A stretch of DNA of 34,477 nt, taken from sequence record SRR22947727_1903; one strand, 5' to 3'. Made by a program: the position numbers and the translations under genes. Below, one piece after another: positions 1 to 9,765 of the stretch. Numbering within the stretch: position 1 is the stretch's first letter; every line of letters starts with the position of its first letter. The notes below the pieces were generated by a model. The model had not been told where the DNA came from, did no database searches, and saw nothing but the letters and a program-made list of their open reading frames with translations.

Positions 1-675
1 CTGATTGTGGTTCCGAACGACCGTCTGCTCGAGATCTCCGATCGCACCATCAGCATGTTGGAGGCGTTCGAGACGGCCGATCACGTCCTGTTGGCGGGTG
101 TGCAAGGAATCACGGACCTGATCACCACGCCTGGTCTCATAAACCTGGACTTCGCTGACGTGAAGTCGGTCATGCAGGATGCTGGAACCGCCCTCATGGG
201 GATTGGATCGGCAAGGGGCGCAGACCGCGCCATCAAGGCAGCTGAGCTTGCCGTGGCGTCGCCACTTCTGGAATCGAGCATCGAGGGCGCGCAGGGTGTC
301 CTGCTGTCCATCCAAGGTGGATCGAATTTGGGCCTCTACGAAATCAACGACGCAGCAAAACTCGTCGAAGAAGCCGTACACCCCGACGCGAACATCATCT
401 TCGGTGCAGTTATTGATGACTCGCTGGGCGATGAAGTCCGCGTCACCGTGGTGGCCGCAGGATTTGACGAGTCACAGCAGCGCTCCGTCGCGACGCCAGT
501 GACAGCTAGCGAACCAGAGGGAGCGCCCGCCAGCTCTGGCTCCGCTCCCGAGGCCGAAGAGTCTTGGCTGCTGCCCTCTGAGGAACGTCCCGGCGCTCAG
601 CCGGAGGAGGCTCCTGTTTTCGCTGCGGAGGCTGACGAGGACGACGAGCTCGACGTCCCAGAATTTCTTCGATAG
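1..675 (+). CDS. ftsZ: Cell division protein FtsZ (5'-truncated by window edge)
   Basis: Frame open from base 1 (LIVVPND...). Contains [10 protein letters not shown] (T7 loop), IIFGAVID, an acidic linker and the C-terminal peptide [10 protein letters not shown]. Confidence 0.98.
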   Translation: MIVVPNDRLLEISDRTISMLEAFETADHVLLAGVQGITDLITTPGLINLDFADVKSVMQDAGTALMGIGSARGADRAIKAAELAVASPLLESSIEGAQGVLLSIQGGSNLGLYEINDAAKLVEEAVHPDANIIFGAVIDDSLGDEVRVTVVAAGFDESQQRSVATPVTASEPEGAPASSGSAPEAEESWLLPSEERPGAQPEEAPVFAAEADEDDELDVPEFLR

Positions 676-683
676 GGGCCCCG

Positions 684-1358
684 GTGTCCGAGACGCTCGC
701 GGATCGGTGGCATCGCGTTCAGCAAGAGATAGCTCAAGCCTGCGAGAAGTGCGGTCGAGATCCTGAGGAGGTCACCACCATCGTGGTGACCAAGTTTCAT
801 CCGGCAAGCCTGGTCAGGGAGCTTTATGCACTGGGGGTCCGTCATGTGGGAGAGAATCGCCATCAGGACGCCGCTCCGAAACAGCTCGAAGTGGCCGATC
901 TTGATCTGACCTGGCATTTCGTGGGTCAACTTCAATCCAACAAGGCGCGGGCGGTTGCGGCATATTGCGATGTCATTCACTCTGTCGATCGGGTTTCACT
1001 GGTCGACGCTCTGGCGAAATATGAGGGATCGGTAGATGTTTTCCTCGAGGTGAACCTCACCTCAGTCCCCGGGCGGGGAGGGGTGGAACCTGCTGATCTA
1101 GTCGCGTTGGCCGAGAAGACATTGGCCGCGGGAAATCTCCGCCTGCGCGGCGTGATGGCGGTCGCACCGCAAGATGAGAGTCCGGCAGAAGCTTTTGATC
1201 GTGTGCTGTCGTATCGAGAGGATCTCCTGAGAGTCGCCCCGGCCGCCGCTGAGCTGTCTTTGGGAATGTCAGGTGATTTTGTCGAGGCACTGGAGCGCGG
1301 CGCGACACACCTGCGCATTGGTACCGCAATTACCGGGAAAAGACCTCAGGGCGCCTAG
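684..1358 (+). CDS. yggS: YggS/PLPBP family pyridoxal-phosphate homeostasis protein
   Basis: VVTKF (PLP lysine), [31 protein letters not shown] motifs; directly after ftsZ. Confidence 0.95.
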   Translation: MSETLADRWHRVQQEIAQACEKCGRDPEEVTTIVVTKFHPASLVRELYALGVRHVGENRHQDAAPKQLEVADLDLTWHFVGQLQSNKARAVAAYCDVIHSVDRVSLVDALAKYEGSVDVFLEVNLTSVPGRGGVEPADLVALAEKTLAAGNLRLRGVMAVAPQDESPAEAFDRVLSYREDLLRVAPAAAELSLGMSGDFVEALERGATHLRIGTAITGKRPQGA

Positions 1359-1392
1359 CCTTAAAGAGTCAACCTGCGAACAAGGGGCAACA

Positions 1393-1830
1393 ATGGCAAA
1401 CGCACTACGTAAGACACTTGAATTTCTCGGACTAGCCGAGGAGTCTTTTGACGACCAGCCGTCCTCAAAGTCTCACCAGGAGAGTACCCAGCCAGCCCCT
1501 CGCGCGACCGTGACTCCGCTTCGTCGGGGCTCCAAAAACGGGGTGAGTGATGTGAACGAGATTTTGACCGTGCATCCCAAGAAGTATGACGACGCGAAGA
1601 CTATTGCGGAAACCTTCCGCGAGGGAATTCCCGTCATCATCAATCTGACCCAAATGAGCGAATCAGAAGCTCGCCGTTTGGTGGACTTTTCGAGTGGTCT
1701 TTCCCAGGGATTGCGTGGCCACATCGAGCGTGTGACGCCGAAAGTCTTTCTGCTCTCTCCCTCCCACGTGTTGGTGAGCGGCGAAGGTGATGGCGTGGAG
1801 TCTGAGCTCGACGCCTCGCTCGTTGACTAA
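1393..1830 (+). CDS. sepF: Cell division protein SepF
   Basis: Start reassigned to ATG 1393 ([20 protein letters not shown] upstream). GIPVIINL...[11 protein letters not shown]...VFLLSP SepF core. Confidence 0.95.
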   Translation: MANALRKTLEFLGLAEESFDDQPSSKSHQESTQPAPRATVTPLRRGSKNGVSDVNEILTVHPKKYDDAKTIAETFREGIPVIINLTQMSESEARRLVDFSSGLSQGLRGHIERVTPKVFLLSPSHVLVSGEGDGVESELDASLVD

Positions 1831-1866
1831 GCACTCTCTCGGGTCGAGCCCGGCATAATAGGCACC

Positions 1867-2157
1867 ATGGTCTCCGGTCTCGCAACGCTTGTCTATATTG
1901 CGCTCTACATCTTCTTTATCGCGATGTGGGTGCGGTTCATTTTTGACTGGATTCGTGTGTTGTCCCGGAGCTTCCAACCCAAAGGACTTGTGTTGGTAGC
2001 TGCTGAAGCTGCCTATAGCGTGACCGATCGTCCTCTTGCCGCAGTTCGTCGTGTGGTCCCCACCCTTCGTTTCGGTGGTGCGGGAATTGACCTGGGATGG
2101 AGTGTGTTGATGATTGGAACGCTCATCATGCTCTCCGTCGTGGGATCTTTCCGCTAG
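1867..2157 (+). CDS. yggT: YggT family membrane protein
   Basis: Small hydrophobic protein with YSVTDRPLAAVRRVVP and GIDLG; canonical position between sepF and divIVA. Confidence 0.9.
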   Translation: MVSGLATLVYIALYIFFIAMWVRFIFDWIRVLSRSFQPKGLVLVAAEAAYSVTDRPLAAVRRVVPTLRFGGAGIDLGWSVLMIGTLIMLSVVGSFR

Positions 2158-2261
2158 GTTTCGCCTAATTCCGAGACAGCGCGCTAGGCTGGGCTCCGGG
2201 ATTTCAGAGATCTCAATGATTACCGCCGGATCCCAACCCTGAACTAAACGAGGTACTTTTC

Positions 2262-2834
2262 ATGGCTCTGACAGCTGAAGATATCGTCAACAAGCGTTTT
2301 CAATCGACCAAGTTTCGCGAAGGTTACGACCAGGATGAGGTCGATGACTTTCTTGACGAAGTGGTTGTGGAGATGCGCCGCGTTCTTGCAGAGAACGAAG
2401 AAATGACTCAAAAACTTGCTGCTAGTGAGGCTCGCATTGCTGAGCTTCAGCGCTCCGGAGGCTCACAGAGCTCTGTGGGTGTGAGTCCGCTCCCCACTGC
2501 CGGTGAAGACGTGGTCGAGGCGGAAAATGCCAATAACTTGCTGCAGCTCGCCCGTAGGCTCCACGAGGAGCACGTGCGCGAAGGAATCCAGAAGCGTGAT
2601 GAATTGATCGCCGAGGGTCACGCTCAGGCAGCGCGGATTGTGCAGGAGGCGGAAACCGAGCACGCCGCTCTCACGCAGCGTTTGGACGCGGAGCGTAAGT
2701 CCATCCAAGGTGAGGTTGAGCAACTGAAAGAGTTCGAGCGTGAGTACCGCTCCAGCTTGAAAGCTTTTATCAACCAGCAGCTGCAAGGCCTCGAGTCAAC
2801 GTCTCAGCCGGCGGCGACGCCAGAGGGTGCGTAG
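2262..2834 (+). CDS. divIVA: DivIVA/Wag31 polar growth protein
   Basis: N-terminal LTAEDIVNKRF...REGYDQDEVDDFLD signature and coiled coils; GAGG RBS upstream. Confidence 0.95.
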   Translation: MALTAEDIVNKRFQSTKFREGYDQDEVDDFLDEVVVEMRRVLAENEEMTQKLAASEARIAELQRSGGSQSSVGVSPLPTAGEDVVEAENANNLLQLARRLHEEHVREGIQKRDELIAEGHAQAARIVQEAETEHAALTQRLDAERKSIQGEVEQLKEFEREYRSSLKAFINQQLQGLESTSQPAATPEGA

Positions 2835-2891
2835 CCTCACTCGAAACTCCCACAGGGACTTCCGGTTGGAGTGCCCGGTGAGGCGGACGTA

Positions 2892-3812
2892 GTGCTGGAG
2901 ACCAGGACGATACCGGTCCCAGAGGGGTTATCAGGCGAGCGTCTCGACGTTGTCTTGAGTCGTTTGTTCGGATTTTCTCGAGCATTTGCTCAAAGCATCA
3001 TCGATGATGCTGGTGCTTTGCTCGATGGCTCACCGGGTGGGAAGTCAGAACGAGTACGCGCCGGCGCCATTCTTGAGGTCACCTTTGAGCCCAAGAAGGC
3101 TCCCACCATCGTTCCCATCATCGTGGACTCGATGGCAATTGTGTATGACGATGACGACGTCGTGGTGGTCGATAAACCCCCGGGATTAGCGGCTCATCCT
3201 GCGCCGAGTTGGGACGGCCCTTCGGTTCTGGGTGCTCTGGCAGGTGCTGGATATCGAATTTCCACCTCCGGGCCTCCCGAGCGCCAGGGTATTGTCCATC
3301 GTTTGGATGTGGGCACCTCCGGATTGATGGCAGTGGCGAAGAGCGAAGTTGCCTACAGCCGCTTGAAACGGGCGTTCAAGGCCCGCGAAGTGCACAAGAC
3401 TTACCACGCATTGGTCCAAGGGCACCCCGACCCCAGCACCGGCACCATTGATGCGCCCATTGGGCGGCACCCCTCCTCGTCATGGAAGTTCGCGGTGGTT
3501 GCTGGGGGAAGGGACTCCATCACTCACTATGAAACGATGGAGGCGTTTTCGGGAGCGACACTCCTGCGGGTGAGTTTGGAGACGGGTCGCACGCATCAGA
3601 TTCGTGTGCACATGAGTGCGCACCGCCACCCCATCGTGGGTGACACGCTGTACGGGGCAGACCCGACCTTGGCCGAGCGCCTAGGGGTGAGTCGTCAGTG
3701 GCTCCACGCGAGCGAGCTCGAGTTCACCCACCCCGTCACAGGCGCACTGGTGCACGTCGAGTGTGGATTTCCTGACGACCTTAATGTTGCACTTGAGCGC
3801 TTAAGGGCGTGA
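2892..3812 (+). CDS. RluA/RluD family 23S rRNA pseudouridine synthase
   Basis: S4-like ERLD N-terminus, DKPPG, HRLDVGTSG (catalytic Asp), ETGRTHQIRVH, LHA. Start is GTG 2892 (GAGG upstream) or GTG 2871. Confidence 0.93.
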   Translation: MLETRTIPVPEGLSGERLDVVLSRLFGFSRAFAQSIIDDAGALLDGSPGGKSERVRAGAILEVTFEPKKAPTIVPIIVDSMAIVYDDDDVVVVDKPPGLAAHPAPSWDGPSVLGALAGAGYRISTSGPPERQGIVHRLDVGTSGLMAVAKSEVAYSRLKRAFKAREVHKTYHALVQGHPDPSTGTIDAPIGRHPSSSWKFAVVAGGRDSITHYETMEAFSGATLLRVSLETGRTHQIRVHMSAHRHPIVGDTLYGADPTLAERLGVSRQWLHASELEFTHPVTGALVHVECGFPDDLNVALERLRA

Positions 3813-3814
3813 GT

Positions 3815-3838
3815 ACCGGGGCGCCTTCGGCGACCGGT
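3815..3838 (+). terminator. GC-rich stem-loop between rluA and dnaE (possible terminator or RNA-stability hairpin)
   Basis: ACCGG(GG)CGCC-TTC-GGCG(A)CCGGT just after the rluA stop; no U-tract. Confidence 0.3.
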
Positions 3839-3885
3839 GCCTCGCCGGTTTACTCTAGAGATTCCCGACCCCCTAGGAGTCTTTT

Positions 3886-6800
3886 GTGAGCCCTTCCAAC
3901 GACTCGTTTGCGCACCTTCACGTGCACACCGAGTATTCGATGTTGGATGGTGCGGCCAAGATTTCTGACCTGGTTGATGAGGTAGCTCGCCAAGAGATGC
4001 CCGCGGTCGCCATGACCGACCATGGGGTCATGTTTGGGGCCTACGAGTTCTGGAAGAAAGCGACTGCTGCGGGGGTCAATCCCATCATCGGTATCGAGGC
4101 TTACCTCACCCCAGGAACCCCTCGGGGCGATAAGACTCGGGTTAAGTGGGGCTCCGGGGGAGAGGACGATGTTTCCGGCGCTGGCGCCTACACCCACCTC
4201 ACTCTGTTGGCGGAAAACACCGAAGGTATGCACAACCTCTTCCGCATGTCTTCGCTGGCATCCTTGGAGGGCTACTACTTCAAACCTCGAATGGATCGCG
4301 ATCTCCTCCAGACCTACTCCTCCGGAGTCATCGCCACCACTGGGTGTCCCAGTGGCGAAGTGCAGACACGTTTGCGACTGGGGCAGTACGACGAGGCTCT
4401 GAAGGCCGCAGCCGAGTTTCGGGATATTTTCGGAGCTGAGAACTATTTCGTTGAGCTCATGGACCATGGATTAGGAATCGAGAAGCGGGTCCTGGCAGAC
4501 CTGGTTCGCATTTCTCAGGAGCTTGGTATCCCTCTGCTGGCAACCAATGATCTGCACTATACGAAAGCAGACGATGCCGAAGCTCATGCGGCACTCTTGT
4601 GTGTTCAATCTGGATCCACCCTGGATGACCCCAAACGATTCAAGTTTGATTCCACAGACTTCTATGTGAAGTCAGCGGCGCAAATGAGGACGCTGTTCTC
4701 GGATTTTCCGGAAGCGTGCGACAACACCTTGCTCATCGCTCAGCGCGCATCGGTCGCCTTTGACGAATCGGCAAACTACATGCCACGTTTCCCGGTCCCA
4801 GAGGGTGAGTCCGAGCCGAGCTATTTCGAGAAGGAAGTCCATCGGGGTCTCGCCGTCCGCTATCCCGGTGGGGTCCCAGACCGGGTGAAAGCCCAAGCGG
4901 AGTACGAAATTGGTGTGATCTCGCAAATGGGGTTCGCCAGTTACTTCCTTGTCGTTGCCGACTTCATCAACTGGGCGAAAGAACACGGTATTCGAGTGGG
5001 TCCTGGTCGTGGCTCAGGTGCTGGTTCCATGGCCGCCTATGCCATGAGGATCACCGAGCTTGACCCGCTCGAGCACGGGCTTATCTTTGAGCGATTCTTG
5101 AACCCTGACAGGGTCTCCATGCCCGACTTTGATGTGGACTTTGATGAGCGTCGCCGCGGAGAAGTGATTCGATACGTCAGCGATAAGTACGGTGATGATC
5201 GGGTCGCGCAAATTGTCACGTTCGGCACTATCAAGGCGAAACAAGCCCTCAAAGACTCGGCGCGCGTGTTGGGCTTCCCCTTCGGAATGGGGGAGAAACT
5301 CACCAAATTAATGCCCGCAGGCGTGATGGGCAAAGAGATGTCTCTCGATGGCGTCTTGGAGAAAACCCATGAGCGCTACAAGGAAGCAGCCGACCTGCGA
5401 ACGCTCGTGGAGTCAGACCCCGACGCCAAGCAGGTCTTCGAGACAGCTCTGGGTCTGGAGAACCTCAAGAGACAGTGGGGTGTTCACGCTGCCGGAGTCA
5501 TCATGTCGAGCGATCCTTTGCTCGACATCATTCCGATCATGCGCCGCGAGCAAGATGGTCAGATTGTCACCCAGTTCGACTTTCCCTCTTCAGAGGCCTT
5601 AGGCCTCGTGAAAATGGACTTCCTGTCGCTTCGTAATCTCACCATCATCGACGATGCTCTGGATAACATCGAGCTCAACCGGGGGCACAGACCTGTTTTG
5701 GAGGAGCTCACCCTCGACGATTCGGCCGCATACTCCCTGCTGAGCCGAGGGGACACCTTGGGCGTTTTTCAGCTGGATGGCGGCCCGATGAGGAGTCTGC
5801 TGCGACTTTTGAAACCGGATAGTTTTGAGGACATTTCCGCGGTCTTGGCTCTCTATCGTCCGGGACCTATGGGTGCTGATTCGCACACCAACTATGCGTT
5901 GCGCAAGAACGGGCAGCAAAACATCACTCCGCTTCATCCGGAGCTAGCGGACGCCCTCGAGGAGGTGCTGGGGGAGACCTATGGCCTCATTGTGTACCAA
6001 GAGCAGGTCATGGAGATTGCCCAGAAACTTGCCGGATACACCCTGGCTCAAGCGGACCTGCTGCGACGGGCGATGGGAAAGAAGAAGAAAGAAGAGCTCG
6101 ATATTCAGTTCGAGGCGTTCCGCGAGGGCATGCGCCATAACGGCTTCTCCGATCAGTCCATTCAGGCCCTGTGGGAAGTGCTGGTTCCCTTCTCGGACTA
6201 CGCCTTCAATAAGGCCCACTCCGCCGCGTACGGGATGATTTCCTACTGGACCGCCTACCTCAAAGCCCACTACCCGGCAGAGTATATGGCTGCCCTGCTC
6301 ACCAGTGTGAGTGACCAGAAAGACAAGTCGGCCATATATCTCAATGAATGTCGCAGGATGGGAATCAAGGTTCTTCCCCCTGATGTGAATGAGTCGATTG
6401 CCACTTTCAGTGCGGTAGGTGAGGATATTCGCTTTGGTTTGGCCGCGATCCGTAACGTGGGGGTCGGCGTTGTGCAAGGAATTCGGAACGCCCGCGAGTC
6501 TCAGGGCGCCTTCGCCTCGTTCCACGACTTCATCAAAAAGGTTCCCTCGACCGTGCTCAACAAGCGCACCGTGGAATCTCTCATCAAAGGGGGCGCCTTC
6601 GATGGGCTCGGACACACTCGCCGCGCACTGTTTGATATTCATGAATCAGTCGTGGAATCTGCGTCCCGAGATAAGAAAGCTGAAGAGCACGGAGACGTTG
6701 GGTTTGATTTTGACAGCCTGTTTGAGGAAGCCGGGACTGGCTCCACCCAAGTAGTGCCAGATCGGCCCGAGTGGTCCCGAAAAGAGCTCTTGAGTCTCGA

Positions 6801-7407
6801 GAGAGACATGCTGGGCCTCTATGTCTCCGACCACCCTCTCGCAGGCTTAGAGGTCACCTTGGCCGCTGAAGCAGAGGTAACTATTGCTGAGCTCCTTGCG
6901 TCCGATAGGGAAGACGGCGAATCGGTGACCGTCGCCGGTCTTGTCACGTCGGTGAGTCACCGGGTTGCCAGAACCAGTGGAAACCCTTACGCGCAGGTCA
7001 CTATTGAAGACTTTGGTGGCGAAGTCGCGGTCATGTTCCTAGGCAAGACGTATAAGAACTATCAGACCGATTTGGTCGAGGACTCGATTGTCTCCCTGCG
7101 CGGACGGGTGTCCCGGAGAGACGATGGACTCGGTTTGCACGCTATTGAGCTCATTCCCCTGGATGTGTCAAGGGATATTCGAGATGAACCACTGACCCTC
7201 ACGGTCCCTGAGTCCTTCGCGACTGTTCCCGTCTTGACAGCCCTCGACGAAGCCCTAGGTCGTCACGAAGGACAGGCCACCGTTCGGTTACGACTGATCA
7301 AGTCGGGAGTCGCCCGAGTCTTTGAGCTTCCACGGACCGTCAGCGTGACCGAGGACCTGATTGGTGAAGTGAAGAGCCTTCTCGGCTCGCACTGCTTGAG
7401 CCGCTAA
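3886..7407 (+). CDS. dnaE: DNA polymerase III alpha subunit (DnaE1)
   Basis: PHP motif HLHVHTEYS, GRGSGAGS, RFLNPDRVSMPDFDVDF, GVHAAG, YAFNKAHSAAY, C-terminal OB fold. 1173 aa, AGGAG RBS. Confidence 0.98.
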   Translation: MSPSNDSFAHLHVHTEYSMLDGAAKISDLVDEVARQEMPAVAMTDHGVMFGAYEFWKKATAAGVNPIIGIEAYLTPGTPRGDKTRVKWGSGGEDDVSGAGAYTHLTLLAENTEGMHNLFRMSSLASLEGYYFKPRMDRDLLQTYSSGVIATTGCPSGEVQTRLRLGQYDEALKAAAEFRDIFGAENYFVELMDHGLGIEKRVLADLVRISQELGIPLLATNDLHYTKADDAEAHAALLCVQSGSTLDDPKRFKFDSTDFYVKSAAQMRTLFSDFPEACDNTLLIAQRASVAFDESANYMPRFPVPEGESEPSYFEKEVHRGLAVRYPGGVPDRVKAQAEYEIGVISQMGFASYFLVVADFINWAKEHGIRVGPGRGSGAGSMAAYAMRITELDPLEHGLIFERFLNPDRVSMPDFDVDFDERRRGEVIRYVSDKYGDDRVAQIVTFGTIKAKQALKDSARVLGFPFGMGEKLTKLMPAGVMGKEMSLDGVLEKTHERYKEAADLRTLVESDPDAKQVFETALGLENLKRQWGVHAAGVIMSSDPLLDIIPIMRREQDGQIVTQFDFPSSEALGLVKMDFLSLRNLTIIDDALDNIELNRGHRPVLEELTLDDSAAYSLLSRGDTLGVFQLDGGPMRSLLRLLKPDSFEDISAVLALYRPGPMGADSHTNYALRKNGQQNITPLHPELADALEEVLGETYGLIVYQEQVMEIAQKLAGYTLAQADLLRRAMGKKKKEELDIQFEAFREGMRHNGFSDQSIQALWEVLVPFSDYAFNKAHSAAYGMISYWTAYLKAHYPAEYMAALLTSVSDQKDKSAIYLNECRRMGIKVLPPDVNESIATFSAVGEDIRFGLAAIRNVGVGVVQGIRNARESQGAFASFHDFIKKVPSTVLNKRTVESLIKGGAFDGLGHTRRALFDIHESVVESASRDKKAEEHGDVGFDFDSLFEEAGTGSTQVVPDRPEWSRKELLSLERDMLGLYVSDHPLAGLEVTLAAEAEVTIAELLASDREDGESVTVAGLVTSVSHRVARTSGNPYAQVTIEDFGGEVAVMFLGKTYKNYQTDLVEDSIVSLRGRVSRRDDGLGLHAIELIPLDVSRDIRDEPLTLTVPESFATVPVLTALDEALGRHEGQATVRLRLIKSGVARVFELPRTVSVTEDLIGEVKSLLGSHCLSR

Positions 7408-7901
7408 AGCGAGGTCACAGCGCGGTAGTCGCGCTCTGAGTACACCAGGGGAGTAGAGAGCTCGCCCAGCGCACCGCCAGTGATGCGAGCGGCCACCATG
7501 GCACTGAACTCCACCTCGGTGATTGCCACAACGGTGGCGCTCATCCAGGCGTGAACACCCTTCAGGAGCGGGAGTCCATCAGCACCTTCGTGCCAATGAT
7601 CCCCATCGAATCGCTGATCGGACTCTCCCGCGATCTTTTTTGCGAGATCTACGTTGTCGACGGACAACAGATGAATCAGGATCGGAGTATCGACAGACAC
7701 AGATGTCCAAGAACTGGCGGTTTGAGCCATGTTGAACGTCGCCACCGGAGGGTTCGCTGACAGTGAGGCCAAGGAGGTAGCAATAAATCCTGTGGGGGAC
7801 CCGTCTTTCTTCCGCAGTGTTACCACTGCAATCCCAGCACCGTGACGGCGGAAAGATTCGAGGAAAGCCTCGGAGGGGCGGAGAGCATCTGTGGTTGTCA
7901 T
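7404..7901 (-). CDS. Flavin reductase-like (HpaC/RutF family) protein
   Basis: FRRHGAGIAVVT, GFIATSLASLSANPP, GLPLL, PLVY motifs. Confidence 0.85.
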   Translation of the reverse strand: MTTTDALRPSEAFLESFRRHGAGIAVVTLRKKDGSPTGFIATSLASLSANPPVATFNMAQTASSWTSVSVDTPILIHLLSVDNVDLAKKIAGESDQRFDGDHWHEGADGLPLLKGVHAWMSATVVAITEVEFSAMVAARITGGALGELSTPLVYSERDYRAVTSL

Positions 7902-7965
7902 CACCTCTATCTTAAGTCAGAGTTCCCCGGGTTTATTCCCTCACCCCCGATACGATGAGGGAGCC

Positions 7966-9285
7966 ATGATTCGGATAGAAGACCTCAGGGGTGTCGCGCT
8001 TACTGCTGCGAACGCTCATAGTTTTGTTCCTCGGGTGACTCTGGGGGCTGCTGAGGTCGATGCGACCGTCATTGACTTGATGGCGGAGGTGAAGAGTGAG
8101 GGTTCCGTCGCGTTGCGGCGCCACGCTCTCGCTTTCGATGGTGTGGAGGTAAACGACCTTCGGGTGAGTGCCGCAGCCCTCAAAGGGGCGCTCTCCGGGC
8201 TCGACAAGTCCGTCAAGGCAGCTCTGGAGGAGTCAATCCGACGGGTTCGCGCGGCGTCAGAGGATGCTGTGCCCCAGTCCTCCACGACGACCTACAACGC
8301 GGGTGGCACCGTCACGACTCGGTATATGCCCGTCGATCGCGCCGGTGTGTACGTCCCTGGTGGAAAGGCCGTCTACCCCTCCAGCGTGGTGATGAATGTT
8401 GTTGCCGCGCAAGCCGCTGGCGTACCTGACATCGTTCTCGTCTCGCCGCCGCAACAAGAGTTCGGAGGCCTCCCTCATCCCACAATCCTCGCGGCCGCTG
8501 AGCTCCTGGGCGTCACAGAGGTTTACGCAATCGGCGGGGCGAGCGCTATTGCGGCACTGGCGTGGGGGGTTCGAGACCTCGGCCTCGAACCGGTGTCGGT
8601 CATTACTGGTCCCGGCAACCGTTATGTCGCTGCGGCAAAGAGGGTCGTGCGGGGCCAGGTTGGGATTGATTCGGAAGCTGGACCTACCGAGATTGGAATT
8701 CTTGCGGATGACACCGCGCACCCAGAGTTCATTGCGGCCGATCTGGTGTCACAGGCTGAGCACGACGAGTTGGCCTCCGCAGTCCTCATGACCACTTCCA
8801 GAGAACTTGCAAGCAGGGTAGAAGCTGCTCTGACGCGTCAGGTTGCACTGACACATCACTCAGAAAGAGTCGCGACATCTCTGCGAGGTGAACAATCGGC
8901 GATTCTGGTGGTGGACACTCTGGACCAAGCAGTTGATCTTGCCAATGCGCTGGCCGCTGAGCACCTCGAAATCATGGTGGAATCGCCCGATGACGTTGTG
9001 CCAGCTATTCGGCATGCTGGGGCAATTTTTGTGGGTGATTACACCCCTGTGAGTGCTGGTGATTACGTGGCAGGGTCAAACCACGTTCTCCCGACCGCAG
9101 GCGGAGCCCGGTTCACCTCAGGCTTGTCACCGTTGACATTCCTTCGATCCCAACAGGTTGTCGAATATGACAAAGCTGCCTTGGGTCAGGTGGCGGAATC
9201 TATTGTGGCCCTCGCCCAGGCTGAGAACCTTCCAGCGCACGGCGACGCGGTGACAACCCGCCTCCTCGAGCCTGACGAACTATAG
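7966..9285 (+). CDS. hisD: Histidinol dehydrogenase
   Basis: GVYVPGG..YPSSVVMN, GPGNRYV, IDSEAGPTE, ADLVSQAEHD, EHLE, GDYVAGSNHVLPT. Start reassigned to ATG 7966. Confidence 0.97.
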   Translation: MIRIEDLRGVALTAANAHSFVPRVTLGAAEVDATVIDLMAEVKSEGSVALRRHALAFDGVEVNDLRVSAAALKGALSGLDKSVKAALEESIRRVRAASEDAVPQSSTTTYNAGGTVTTRYMPVDRAGVYVPGGKAVYPSSVVMNVVAAQAAGVPDIVLVSPPQQEFGGLPHPTILAAAELLGVTEVYAIGGASAIAALAWGVRDLGLEPVSVITGPGNRYVAAAKRVVRGQVGIDSEAGPTEIGILADDTAHPEFIAADLVSQAEHDELASAVLMTTSRELASRVEAALTRQVALTHHSERVATSLRGEQSAILVVDTLDQAVDLANALAAEHLEIMVESPDDVVPAIRHAGAIFVGDYTPVSAGDYVAGSNHVLPTAGGARFTSGLSPLTFLRSQQVVEYDKAALGQVAESIVALAQAENLPAHGDAVTTRLLEPDEL

Positions 9286-9297
9286 GCTTAGGCCACC

Positions 9298-9765
9298 ATG
9301 TACTGCCCGTTTTGTCGCCATCCCGATAGCCGAGTCATCGATTCGCGAACCAGTGATGACGGAGTCTCCATCCGTCGTAGACGGCAATGTCCTGAATGCG
9401 GTCGCCGTTTTTCCACCCTAGAAACCGCGAGTTTGAGCGTCATTAAGCGGAGCGGAGTGACGGAGCCTTTTTCGAGAGAGAAAATCGCGTCGGGTGTGAA
9501 AAAGGCTTGCCAAGGACGACCGGTGACCGATCAGGATCTTGCCCAGCTCGCACAAAGGGTAGAGGAAACTATCCGCCAGACCGGCGCCTCCCAGGTGGAT
9601 GCCAACGAAATCGGTCTGGCAACACTGGAACCGCTGCGAGAGCTTGACGAGGTCGCATACCTTCGGTTTGCGTCGGTGTATCAGGCATTTGAGAGCTTGG
9701 ACGATTTCGAGGAGGCCATCGAAGCGCTTCGCACATCGACAGCTGAGTCCGCAGAGGAGAGCTGA
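9298..9765 (+). CDS. nrdR: Transcriptional repressor NrdR
   Basis: MYCPFC...DSRVIDSR...[16 protein letters not shown] zinc ribbon, ATP-cone, [10 protein letters not shown]. Confidence 0.98.
   Translation: MYCPFCRHPDSRVIDSRTSDDGVSIRRRRQCPECGRRFSTLETASLSVIKRSGVTEPFSREKIASGVKKACQGRPVTDQDLAQLAQRVEETIRQTGASQVDANEIGLATLEPLRELDEVAYLRFASVYQAFESLDDFEEAIEALRTSTAESAEES

Noticed and set aside
676..683. Absence of pgeF/ylmD between ftsZ and yggS
   Set aside because: This gene is variably present in Actinobacteria, so its absence is not informative.
3886..7407. Intein or split in DnaE
   Set aside because: Length (1173 aa) and motif spacing look ordinary; no intein or endonuclease-like insert seen.
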